In this document: in pieces, positions 23,673 through 39,079 of the stretch | Layout: every line of letters begins with the position of its first letter | Position numbering within the stretch: position 1 is the stretch's first letter | NCBI GenBank assembly: GCA_002269645.1 | Contig: NIVC01000915.1 | Location: 1 to 64,000, forward strand | Direction of reading: 5' to 3' | From: Macrostomum lignano | Lineage: Eukaryota | DNA: 64,000 nucleotides | Program-made: the position numbers and the translations under genes | Notes under the pieces: generated by a model | The model's database searches: none | What the model was told of the DNA's origin: nothing | What the model saw: the letters and a program-made list of their open reading frames with translations, nothing else

Positions 23673-24734
23673 GGCCTGGGAGATAGATTTGTCAGCAAAC
23701 AGCGACAAAACTGCTTCAAAATTTTATTTTTTATGCACAGCAGAAACAATTGTCAATCAACGAACCAGCTTTTTCTGGTTTTGAAACGCCTCTTGTCATA
23801 TTTTAGTATTGTTTGAGGTGCCAATTATTCTGACTCGTGGCTTTCTGATTAGTGGCTTTCTAAGAAGACATGTTTGAAATTGAAATCAATCGATATGCGT
23901 GGGTAAAAATGCCATATTGCGGTGGAAAAAAATCTTTAATTGACACATGAATGCAGGTGTTTCGATGGAAAATGATGGCTGCTGGGAACAGGTGTCAGTG
24001 CATGGTTTCTCGTGAGAGCGTGTCGTGTTTGCGGGTTAAACAGCGCTTATCTGCATATCTGCATTTCTGCTCATATCTTCGTTCAAAGAGATTCGCGCTA
24101 TGCACTGATAGCGTTTTTAACGTTTCTATACAGACAACAGCTTTACTGGTTCACGCAAAATTTGAATGCTAATAAACTGGGAAAATAAATGTGCATACTT
24201 TACTCTATGGCACTCGATCGCGAATCTTGGGATCCTGGAGAGTTTTTATGGTGCTGGGCTCCGCCTTCTAAAATCTTTGATCGAAGGTTATTCGGACCTC
24301 AGAGGGCAGAAACTAATCGCAACTAACCGCTTAGCGCTCTGGCAGCTCCCACTTCTGATTGATGGTCAGCTCCAAGGTTGCAAAGATGTGACGAGCAGTG
24401 AGACACAAGCAGGGAGAATTGAAAAGGTGGAATTCAACTAATCGGGGAATTAACCTAATCCGCTTCAATCAACTCTTGCGAACTCACCAAACCTGCAGCC
24501 AGGGGTGTCGGAACCGGGGGGTACGGGAGAAACGCTGGAGCCCCCCCCACTTTTTAGCATGATCCAGCAAGTGCCCTTTTTGAATTTTAAACAAGTGTCG
24601 ACTGGTTTTAGGCTCTGGCTTTTCTGAGTCTTGGAAGCTAAGGGGGTATCAGCTGATATAATAGTTCATGTTGTTCTCAATCTCCATTCCACTACAGTTT
24701 TGATCTAATATGCATAAGCCTAGTGCTTTTAGTG

Positions 24735-25635
24735 CATTGGTCAGCAAACTTTTCACCTTAAGGGCCAGATTGAGAACCTAGCGTGGCGCAATGACTGCCC
24801 TTCTGGGTTTGCTTCGCTGGGCCCCCGTAAGCAAAACGCGCCCAGGAGTCCCTGACTGCTGGCAAGAGAAGGGAGAGAGGATAGAGAATAGAGTAGAGAA
24901 TAGGGAATAGAAAGGAGAGGCGAGGAGAGGAGAAGGAAAGGAAAGACAAGATAAGAGGAGAGAGGAGAGGAGAGAAAAGAGGAGAGGAAAGGAGAGGAGA
25001 GGAAAGGAGAGGAGAGGAAAGGAGAGGAGAGGAAAGGAGAGAGGAGAGGTGAAGGAATAAAGGAGAAGAGAGTAGACACGAAGAGAGATAAAATTGGAGA
25101 GGGGAGATGGATGAGGAGAGGAGAGACGAAATAGGAGAGAGAGGAGAGAAGAGGGAAGGGAGAAGAGAATGGAGAGAAAAGGGAGAGGAGAGAGGTGAGG
25201 AGATGAAAGGAAAGAAAGAGAGGAAAGGAGAGGGGAGGAGAGGAGAGGAGGAGAAGAGGAAAGAAAAGATGAGAGGAAAGAGGAGAGGAGAGAAGAGAGG
25301 ACAGGAGAGGAGAGAGGAGAGGAGATGAGAGAGGTGAGGAGAGTAGAGAGGAGAGGAGATGAGAGAAGAGAGGAGAGAAGAGGAGAGGAGAGGAGAGGAG
25401 AGAGGATAGGAGATTAGAGAGGTGAGGAGAGGAAAGGAGAGAGGAGAGGAGAAGAGAGAGGAGAGGAGAAGAGAGAGGAGAGGAGAGAACAAGAGAGAAT
25501 ATGAGAAGAGAGCTGAGAAGAGACAAACATCGAGCGGGCCGGATTGCTATTGTGAAGATTTAAAGGATCCGAGGGCCGGATAGAGAGGCTTTGCAGGCCA
25601 CAATTGGCCCTCAGGCCGGAGTTTGCCAATCCCTG
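24735..25635. mobile_element. Nested hAT (Charlie-like) MITE inside the previous element
   Basis: Imperfect TIRs cattggtcagcaaact / agtttgccaatccctg, Charlie-like subterminal aagggccagat and gccggagtttgcc, and flanks ttttagtg vs ttttatta (6/8 match). Confidence 0.55.
24866..25525. repeat. GA-rich (GGAGA)n-like low-complexity tract
   Basis: ~650 bp of almost pure purine on the + strand. Confidence 0.95.
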
Positions 25636-27206
25636 TTTTATTAGTATTTATCGGTTCACTTTGGCGTCTCTGATCGAAATTCCGAGTCCGCCGCAATCCA
25701 CTTCCAACTCAAAATTGAAAATCGGCCTGGTTGTCACAATTTCACAAACTGATATAATAGCAGGAGTTTGGGTGCCTTTAGATTTAAAGAAATTATTTGC
25801 AATGTGCCCTCCCACCAATAGCCCCCCCACTTTGAAATATGTTCCGACACCGCTGCCTGCAGCTCTCTCGAAGTCGGGTTTCCGGCTAGAAGAGCCTCTG
25901 CCCACTAACCTGCTAACCAGTGCCTTTTTGCCGTCAATCTCAATAAGTCGTTGCCGCTGCAAAGGACACTGCTGGGACTGAATCGCATTGACCATGCAGG
26001 GATATAGAGAGAAAATTTTACAGAGGTTTCTTGTGCTGGCCAGCCTCTATACACCAGAAAGCACTGTTACAATATTGAATTCTCAGAAACTAAATGTGAC
26101 TAGCAATCAGCGACCCCCGGCCCCGTTGGGGAGGCAACAAACGATGGAGTAAAATTCTTTTAATATGTAAACATAATGTCGGTTTTGACCTACAATCACG
26201 ATTATTGTTAGTATCATAAGAAAAATGTTAAATAAAAAAGCATCAGCCCTGAAAGCCATGCAGCTATCTGAGCCTAAAAGGTATCAGCATCCCCTGTGAG
26301 CTTTGGCATCGAAGCCTCGCTTTAAGCCGTATGGCAGCTTAACCCTAACTCCTACATTTCTACCTTTTGCTTTTGCTTACCTTTTTCTTGCGGAATCTGG
26401 TGTTGGCCGACACCATGTCCTGTCTCTCCAGGAAGTCCTCTAGCGCTCCGGTGTTGCCGTTCTCGCGCGCTGTCACAAACAGCGATCGCTCGGACCTACG
26501 CAGAACTGCGTTCAGGTCTCCGAGAATGACCACTGTGTCACGTTGCGCCATCTCCTCCACCCGCACCGAGAGTTGCTCGAAGAAGGCCTGAGCCTCATCG
26601 GAGCGGGTAGCAGGCGGCGCATACGCGCAGAACAGTGTTCCGGCCGCGAAGCCGGACGTCGACCCGAAGCAGCCGAGAAGACAGGGAGATGCAGCGACAG
26701 CTCTGCTGCAGCCTCGGTCCGATCAGCGCTCCAACTCCTCCACGGCCTCGCTCATCCGCTGAGGTGTACCAGAGTGTCCAACCGGCGCCCAGGTCCTCAC
26801 AGTGAAGTCCGGGGTCGGCTCTGATAGACACCTCCTGTAGTGCGATGACATCACAGCTGAGGTCGAGCGCTAGCCTCGCCAGCAGCCCTCTCCGCCATGT
26901 GGCCTTGAGAGTGCGGCAGTTCAGCGTCCCGACCCGAAGCGTGCCCTCTGGTACGGCTGGGGCTCGATGCTGGTGAGCCTCATGGTCCCCGGCGCCACCC
27001 GGAAGATCCAATTGGGCCAGCGCAGCAGCAGCTCGGCGGGCGGCGCCACGTTGCCGACCTCGCCAGTTTCGCTCGCGACGGCGTTCAACTCGCCGACGCG
27101 CGCTCCGCTGCCCTCGCTTGGTCCTGCCGCATTTGGCCGCCGCAGCAGTTAAGCGCGGCTCTCCACTCTCACCACGAGGAGGTAGCGGCATTTATCTGCA
27201 CCGTGA

Positions 27207-27423
27207 TGCAAATAAATTAAGACTGCAAATAAATTAAGACTGCAAATAAATTAAGACTGCAAATAAATTAAGACTGCAAATAAATTAAGACTGCAAATAA
27301 ATTAAGACTGCAAATAAATTAAGACTGCAAATAAATTAAGACTGCAAATTAAGACTGCAAATAAATTAAGACTGCAAATAAATTAAGACTGCAAATAAAT
27401 TAAGACTGCAAATAAATTAAGAC
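27207..27423. repeat. 17-bp tandem array (aataaattaagactgca) x ~12-13 at the RTE inversion junction
   Basis: Near-perfect copies, one with a short deletion. Confidence 0.95.
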
Positions 27424-29743
27424 CAGATTCCGCAAGTCGCCGGGCAGGTTCGCGACCTTCGTGGGCTGCAAGCGGAGGCGGCGGAACGCGCGTGGCCGGA
27501 ACGCTACGCGGAGGCTGGCACAGCTCGACCACGTGCTTGTGCGCTTTCGTGAGCGCCGCCGCGTCACCAACTGCCACACCATTACGCCGCTGGCTCTGCG
27601 GTCCGACCATCGGCTGCTCATCTGCGACCTTCGGCTTCGGGACCCGCTCTACCGTCCGCCAAAGCGGCCACCGCGGCGCTACTACCGCGCGCTCAGGGAC
27701 GCCGAGACGCGACGTCGCTTTGCCGGTGCCTTTGTCACTGCGCTGGGCGACAAGCGTGGAGGAGCCGAGTACGCGGAGGTGAGCTCTGCAGTTCGAGCCG
27801 CTGCGGAGCAAGCAGTCCCGCTGATGCGACCGGCCCAGCGCGGGCAGCCGGTCTGGCAGGACGACCCCGCGATCGACGAAGCGAGGGAAGATCTGGAGAG
27901 GCTCCGTCTGAGTGGGCGGCCAACTCGCGAGGCGGAGGAGGCTCTGGCGGCTGTCTACCTGCAGCGGCAGCAGTCCGCTGTCGATGACGCCATCCAAGCC
28001 GTCTCTGCCGCAGGGCCCGATGCCAGAGGGCGCGTGGCCTGGTCCGCCATCAACACTCTGACGGGGCGAAAGCGGCGCATCGCGCTCAACCTGGCAGGCG
28101 ACACTCCGGACGAGCGCAGGAACGAGCTGCGCGAGTTCTTCGCCGCCATTGTCAACGCGCCGCCCCCTCCGCTTCCAGAAAATCTGAGGCTGCCGCCGGA
28201 GACGCCGTTGCCGGCGGAGGAGAGCTTCAATGTTGCCCCAGTCAGCACAGCCGACGTTGTGAAGTTCGCTCGGCAGTCGCCGGGCGGCAAAGCGCTTGGT
28301 CCGGACGAGGTGCCCACCGAGGCGCTGCGGATCCACTGCGTGGCCACTGAGGTCGCCAGAGTGATGAACCGCGTGCTTTTCGGTGAGGTGGCGCCAAACG
28401 AATGGACCACGGCGCACATCGTCGCCATTCCAAAGAAGCCGGGCACCACCAAGCTCGAGGAGCATCGAGGCATCTGCCTACAGTCCTGCGCCGCGAAGCT
28501 GTTCAACCGCATGCTGCTATCGCGGTTACAGCCTGTGCTGGACCCGTACCTGCGACCTGAGCAGAACGGATTCCGGCCCCATCGCGGCACAGTGACGCAG
28601 ATCCTGGCTCTTCGACGAGTCATCGAGGAGGCGCGCATCCGCCAGTTGACCCTGATCCTGATCTTCGTCGATTTCAGGAAGGCTTTTGACTCGGTCGTGA
28701 GGGACGCGCTCCCAGAGGTGCTCCGTGCGTACAACGTGCCAGAGCTGCTGATTTCTGCTGTCATGGCGCTGTACCACGGCACGACGGCTGCTGTCTCAAC
28801 ACCGGACGGCCTATCGGATTTCTTCGAGACATCCTCCGGGGTGCTCCAGGGAGATACGCTAGCGCCGTTCCTATTTATTCTGGTGCTTGACTGGGTGCTA
28901 CGGACTGCTCTGCCTTCCAACGACGACGGCTTCCTGCTGCGGCGACGCGTGGGTCGACGCCAACCGGAGAGACGGCTCAGCGTGCTTGGCTACGCCGATG
29001 ACCTCGCCCTGCTGTCCTCGACCGTCGAGGGCGCCCAACGACAGCTGGATAGGCTGGTTGCCGTTGCGGCGAGCGTCGGCCTGGTGGTCAACACGCAGAA
29101 GACCGTCGTGCTATGCGTGCCGGACGACACCGAGGCTGCAATCTTCTGCCGATGCGCTGACGGACAGGCGAGTGAGCTTCCAAGATGTCAGCAGTTCGTC
29201 TACCTCGGCGGTCTGGTTCCCGACGTCCGCGAGGATCTGCGGCGTCGCCGAGGACTTGCTTGGGCTGCCTTTCGTTCTATAAGGTCAGTCCTGCAGTCCG
29301 AGGCCCTACCGGACCGCCAGAGGGCGGCGCTGTTCCAGGCGGTGATCGAGACCGTCCTGTTATACAACGCCGAGACCTGGACGCTGACAGACTCGCTCGA
29401 GGCTCAAGTCGACGCGGCGCACGCTGGCCTGCTGCGCGCCGCCTTCAAGATCGGCAACGAGCGAGTCACCAACACGGCGCTCTATCATCGCGCCGGCCTG
29501 GCCCGTCCTAGCGATCTGCTGCGCCGTCGGCGACTCCAGCTGGCAGGCCACGTCATCCGCGCCGAGGCCTACTGCCCGGAGCCGGTGCAGGAGGTGCTGC
29601 TACTTACGTTGCAGGCACCCTACCGGCGGGGACAGGCGAGGACTCGGCGCTACGTCGACTGTCTGCTGGCTGACGCCGGCGCCCCGGACTCTGCCGGCGG
29701 TGCGGCTTTTGTTCGCGCCCAAGCTTTGAAGCGCGCCATCTGA
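27422..29743 (+). CDS. Reverse-transcriptase-containing 3' part of the RTE ORF (5' end displaced by the inversion)
   Basis: QLDHVL..SDH (APE end), GKALGPD, EQNGFRPHRG, DFRKAFDSV, GVLQGDTLAPFLF, LGYADDLALL. Open to the stop at 29743. Confidence 0.92.
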   Translation, partial: TRFRKSPGRFATFVGCKRRRRNARGRNATRRLAQLDHVLVRFRERRRVTNCHTITPLALRSDHRLLICDLRLRDPLYRPPKRPPRRYYRALRDAETRRRFAGAFVTALGDKRGGAEYAEVSSAVRAAAEQAVPLMRPAQRGQPVWQDDPAIDEAREDLERLRLSGRPTREAEEALAAVYLQRQQSAVDDAIQAVSAAGPDARGRVAWSAINTLTGRKRRIALNLAGDTPDERRNELREFFAAIVNAPPPPLPENLRLPPETPLPAEESFNVAPVSTADVVKFARQSPGGKALGPDEVPTEALRIHCVATEVARVMNRVLFGEVAPNEWTTAHIVAIPKKPGTTKLEEHRGICLQSCAAKLFNRMLLSRLQPVLDPYLRPEQNGFRPHRGTVTQILALRRVIEEARIRQLTLILIFVDFRKAFDSVVRDALPEVLRAYNVPELLISAVMALYHGTTAAVSTPDGLSDFFETSSGVLQGDTLAPFLFILVLDWVLRTALPSNDDGFLLRRRVGRRQPERRLSVLGYADDLALLSSTVEGAQRQLDRLVAVAASVGLVVNTQKTVVLCVPDDTEAAIFCRCADGQASELPRCQQFVYLGGLVPDVREDLRRRRGLAWAAFRSIRSVLQSEALPDRQRAALFQAVIETVLLYNAETWTLTDSLEAQVDAAHAGLLRAAFKIGNERVTNTALYHRAGLARPSDLLRRRRLQLAGHVIRAEAYCPEPVQEVLLLTLQAPYRRGQARTRRYVDCLLADAGAPDSAGGAAFVRAQALKRAI

Positions 29744-32629
29744 CGCTGCTTTTGTGATCTGGCAGCGTACTCTGTTGTGTTTGTTGTTACCTTTTTCTAC
29801 CAATTGCCCTTGGCATCTCAGTAAACCCTCCATAAGAGCCACAACATTACAGCAATTCCCCCATGAGTCATGAGTCTTGACATGACAATGAGTCTTTTAT
29901 GTTCAACAGGGGGGTTCCTTCTATAGTAGCTAAACCATACCTCTAACCGCGATCTTCACATATGAAAGTAATAGTAAAGTAGACTTAAAGGCTTCTGACA
30001 AATAAAAAAAATTAATTACACGCTATATCACTAAAACTCGTAGGGAAAGTCTTTTGTCTTAGTCTTTCAAACAATGGATGCAGTCACTCCAAGAGCGCAA
30101 AAACCCTTTAGAATCTAAGTAAGTTAATCCGGAATGAGGTATAATTGATGACAAAAGTTAAGCTAACTAATTAGAGCCCTTTCTGGTGTTTAAAACCGGC
30201 TTTACGACCAAATATCAGCAGTAGAGTTAGAGCGAATAATCATCAGACTAATCATCGGGCTATTTTTTGTATTCGCTACCCGAAGAAAAGGGCCCTACTG
30301 CATATGTATGATCGAGAAATTTAGTCGGCACACATACGTTTATTTTCTAACCTGTCAGAATATTGAAAAATGAAGGCATGACTAGATGTGACTTAATCAC
30401 TATTGGTTTAAATTGGCTTGCAATAGCTAGCGTCTCTGTTTTAAAGTTTTACGGGTTTTAGCGAACACTCCAGTAACGATCCGCGTTATGCTCTTAAGAT
30501 TTGTTTTGTCTTGCCTACGAAATTTCATTAAGAAACTTTTATCTTGACACGTGTTGTTTGTTTTCATACATTGCAATTGAATATTTGTTTAAGTAATTAA
30601 TTAACAGAGCTCTTAAGCTAGATTTTCCACTTGTTTAAAAATTGTTTATCCCACTTTTAGATTTTTCCCACTAGGCCTAACGCAATTTCTAATAAAAAGA
30701 ATGGGTGGAATTCTGATTTATTCATTCAATTGCTTAATAAGCCTAGGCTAGGCTAGACAGATTTTTTTAGGTTCCAGGACATTTTGTCAACTGGCATTTC
30801 ATCAACTGGCATTTTGTCAACTAGGGCCTAGACTTTATGGCGACTGCACATTTGGTTCAAGCCAAAATTATTTGTCAATCATGTTTAGCCTGTTAGCCAT
30901 TCATCTGCACTGAACTGAATGACTAATTAAATCTATAATCTAGACTACATGTACAAAATTGTAATTAGTTAGGCCCTATCTCTTAGAGCTTAATGCACTA
31001 AGATGCTGGTTGAAAAAATGCTAGTTAACAAATTGCCAATTGGTAAAATTCCAATTGATATAATGTCTTAGTCATTAGAAATAAAAGTTAAAAAATATGG
31101 CAAGATAAAGAGACAGGATAGGGCCTAATATTGATAAGCCTATGCCTAGATGCCTATGCCTGCTTAAGGCAAAAGCCTTATTTTTATTTTAATTAGCCCT
31201 ATTCTTAATTCTTTAACCTATGATTAGGCTTTGTAGTATAGTAGGCCTATATATTTATAGGAATATATAAAAAAATCTATTATAATTATTGGGCCTATAT
31301 AACTAATAGCGCAACCTGAAAGGGCTTGTCAACTTAAGCTTATAAAGTGGAGCCCAAGTAATTTATGTGTATAAATGATATATCAATTTGCTTATATGTA
31401 GTAATACCAAAAAGCTAGATTTAGCAAAAAAGTTACTAAAGTTAGACCTCAGGATAAGAGAATGAGCAAAGGGATAATTAGAGACTCTTACCTTATGAGG
31501 TTAAATTAACATAATAGTCCCTAATTCAAATTGTCCCTTTGCTAATTCTCTCCTATCCCAGGTCCAATTTTTATAACATTTTTGCCAAATTTAGCTTCTT
31601 GGTATCACTATGACTCTGAGCAGAATGATATATCATATATATATGGGTTACATGGTCTCCACTTTATAAGCCTAAGTGATAGGCCTAGCAGTATAATTTT
31701 AATTAAATACTTATCCGATATATTTAAAAGTCTTGATAATATGCAAATAAAAATGAAAAGACTTGATTCACTTCTTTTCCAATCTTTTGTAACTTTTTTC
31801 TATGTCTACTAATGCTACTAAAACAGCCTTCTTATTCATATTTTATTATTAACTAATTAGCTTTTAAGTTTCAAATAAACAAGTTACCTCTTTTACTATA
31901 TGCTTAGTTTTAATAATATTATACATACATGTTTTTTAATTTATTCTTTACTTTCTTGGCTTGTAAATCCCTTAGATAACCTCTGCGTTTTGCTAAAAAG
32001 ATAGAAAAGCAAAGACAGTGCATTATAAAAGTCTTTTGGAAAAAAAGTGCCAAATTTCTGTATTTTCTATGTTTACTTTAATGGATTAATGCTTATTAAC
32101 AAATAACTATTTCAGTTAACTTAATGAAATTAAGAGTTAATAAGTTAATATTTTTTGTTTTAACGCTAATGCTTTTGCCATTAATGGAAGTTAAGATTTT
32201 CATTAATGGTGCCCAACACTGTTATTACAATTGTTTTTAGTACAAGTAGGTTACCAGCCATAGTTTTGGTTTGATTAAATTATTACTAGGATAATTTAAT
32301 TGCATAACTACTAAGTTGTGACTAAATTATAGCTGCCTAGCACTAAGTTGCGCTATTTGCTAAAGATAAATCTTTCATTCCAGTTCCAGCCATATGATTT
32401 TGCATCGATTCAAAATACAAATTTTCAGTCTGTCTAAAAACAAATATATTGTGCTGCATTAGAATAAAAGAAAAAATATTTTTTTTATAAATAAAAACCA
32501 TTTTAATATATTTTATGATGGACATTGAGTAAAATTGGCCAAGTTAATTTGCATAAGTATATAATAGAGTACTATTTACTTAGTTTTTTAGTAAAGTTCT
32601 ACTGTATATAGCTATGGATATGGTTATAG

Positions 32630-37478
<4,849 letters not shown>

Positions 37479-38224
37479 TCCTTGTGCTCTTTTACCTTGG
37501 GGTTGCGATAGGGGCCTCGCGGCCTATTCGCGGCGCCTGCGCCCCCCGTCAGTAGTAAGTAAGTAAGTAAGTTTTAGAGGCCATATAGATGAGTATAGTT
37601 ATTGGAATGTATATATTTCCTATGTCTAGGTCTTCTATTAGGTATTATTGGCTAGGGTTAGGGACTCAAGTAATAGATTTTTGACAACATGCTCATATTG
37701 TATGGGGTCCATAAAAATAGCCTATAGACAAATTGCCCATGGAGATTTCCCTGCCAAAATTTGTCTATAGAGCATTTTGCCTATGAGCAAATTGCCCATG
37801 GAGAATTGCTTGCCGAGATTTGCCCACAGTGCAATTTGCCCGCAAGTGAATTGCCAAGTTTTTTCCCACCAAGGTTTGCCCGTAGTGCTTTTTTCCTGCA
37901 GCACATTTGGCAGCTAGATTCTGTCTGCATTGCCCCCCCCCCAAATATATTTGATATGCAGTTGCTATCAAAACGTTTTGATGAGGTAAATCTCTTTATT
38001 AAAACTTACTTAGCATTAGGGAGGCAATGCAGACAAAATCTGCCGCGTGGCCAGCTGCAGGAAAAAAACTTGCTGGGCAATTTGCTTGCAGGTTTTTCTT
38101 GTGCTCTCTATTGTATGGTTGGGATGGTGGGGACTAAAGTTATGATGAATATTTTTTCACTTTCAATGCATGGGGCTTAGGGATGCACTTGAATCAACTA
38201 TTGATATTTAGCTCTTAAGTTATG

Positions 38225-38830
38225 GTGAATGACTAGCAATCAGCACCCCACATTGGGGAGCCAACAAAGAATGGAATACAATTTTTTAATAAACTACATG
38301 TATGCTTGTAGCTTCTGACCTTAGCCTTGACATCTCAAAATTCCCCCCCCCCCAGCCTTGACATCAGCAATACCCCTGTAAGCCTTGACATCTCAGCTAT
38401 TTCCCCAGTAAGCCTTGGCATCTCAGCAATTCCCCCATAAGCCTTGACATCAGCAATACCCCTGTAAGCCTTGACATCTCAGCAATTCCCCCATAAGCCT
38501 TGGCATCTCAGCAATTCCCCAGTAAGCCGTGACATCTCAGTAACTCTCCCAAAGAGTCACTGCACAGTTTCACGTGACGCCTCATTTATTTTTACATGAC
38601 GCTTTCTTTATGTCTGACATGACTTATTTTATGTCTGACATGACTTATTTTTTGTCTGACATGACTTATTTTATGTTTGACATCACTTTATTTTGTCTGA
38701 CATTACTTATTTTATGTCTGACATGACTTATTTTATGTCTGACATGACTTATTTTTTGTCTGACATGACTTATTTTATGTTTGACATCACTTATTTTGTC
38801 TGACATGACTTATTTTATGTCTGACGTGAC
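38225..38830. repeat. Composite repeat: conserved head plus ~29-bp (agccttgacatctcagcaattcccc) and 21-bp (tctgacatgacttattttatg) arrays
   Basis: The head gactagcaatcagc..ttggggag..aacaa..atgga recurs at ~26095-26160. Related units flank the RTE at ~26240-26330 and ~29805-29900. Confidence 0.7.
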
Positions 38831-39079
38831 GCTTAATTTATTTTTTAATCAGTAAATTAATTAGCTAGTGATGTGAATAAGCTATGAGAAAAAGAGATGG
38901 ATATGGGAAAATTTTGGTTACAGCGGTACTATTTTGTAGAGAGGATCTGAGATACAAGTGGCAGGACTGGCTCAGGGCCAGTTTGAGATCGTCTTAAATT
39001 GCAGCACTGACTAACACTGACTTACTGATCTGGAAACAAAACTATGCACCGCCTTGCAGAACCGCGGCGCAGCTCCCCA

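Larger units (their letters stand above)
24500..25855. mobile_element. Non-autonomous hAT-type element
   Basis: TIRs caggggtgtcggaac / gttccgacaccgctg and perfect 8-bp TSD cctgcagc (24492-24499, 25856-25863). Confidence 0.9.
26389..29786 (+). mobile_element. RTE-like non-LTR retrotransposon with inverted 5' segment
   Basis: 12-bp TSD ttacctttttct (26377-26388, 29787-29798) and a (GTT)-like tail. The APE endonuclease part is on the minus strand (26389-27191; GTLNCRTL, DVIALQE, ILGDLNA, one frameshift). The RT part is on plus (27422-29743). Confidence 0.93.

Noticed and set aside
24753-25526. 257-aa and 244-aa Leu/Ser-rich ORFs
   Set aside because: Translations of the GA-rich low-complexity tract.
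27207-27423. CRISPR-like appearance of this and other regular arrays
   Set aside because: Units are contiguous with no unique spacers, there are no cas genes, and the context is eukaryotic.
27383-28920. 360-aa and 321-aa antisense ORFs over the RT
   Set aside because: Shadow ORFs of a GC-rich coding strand.
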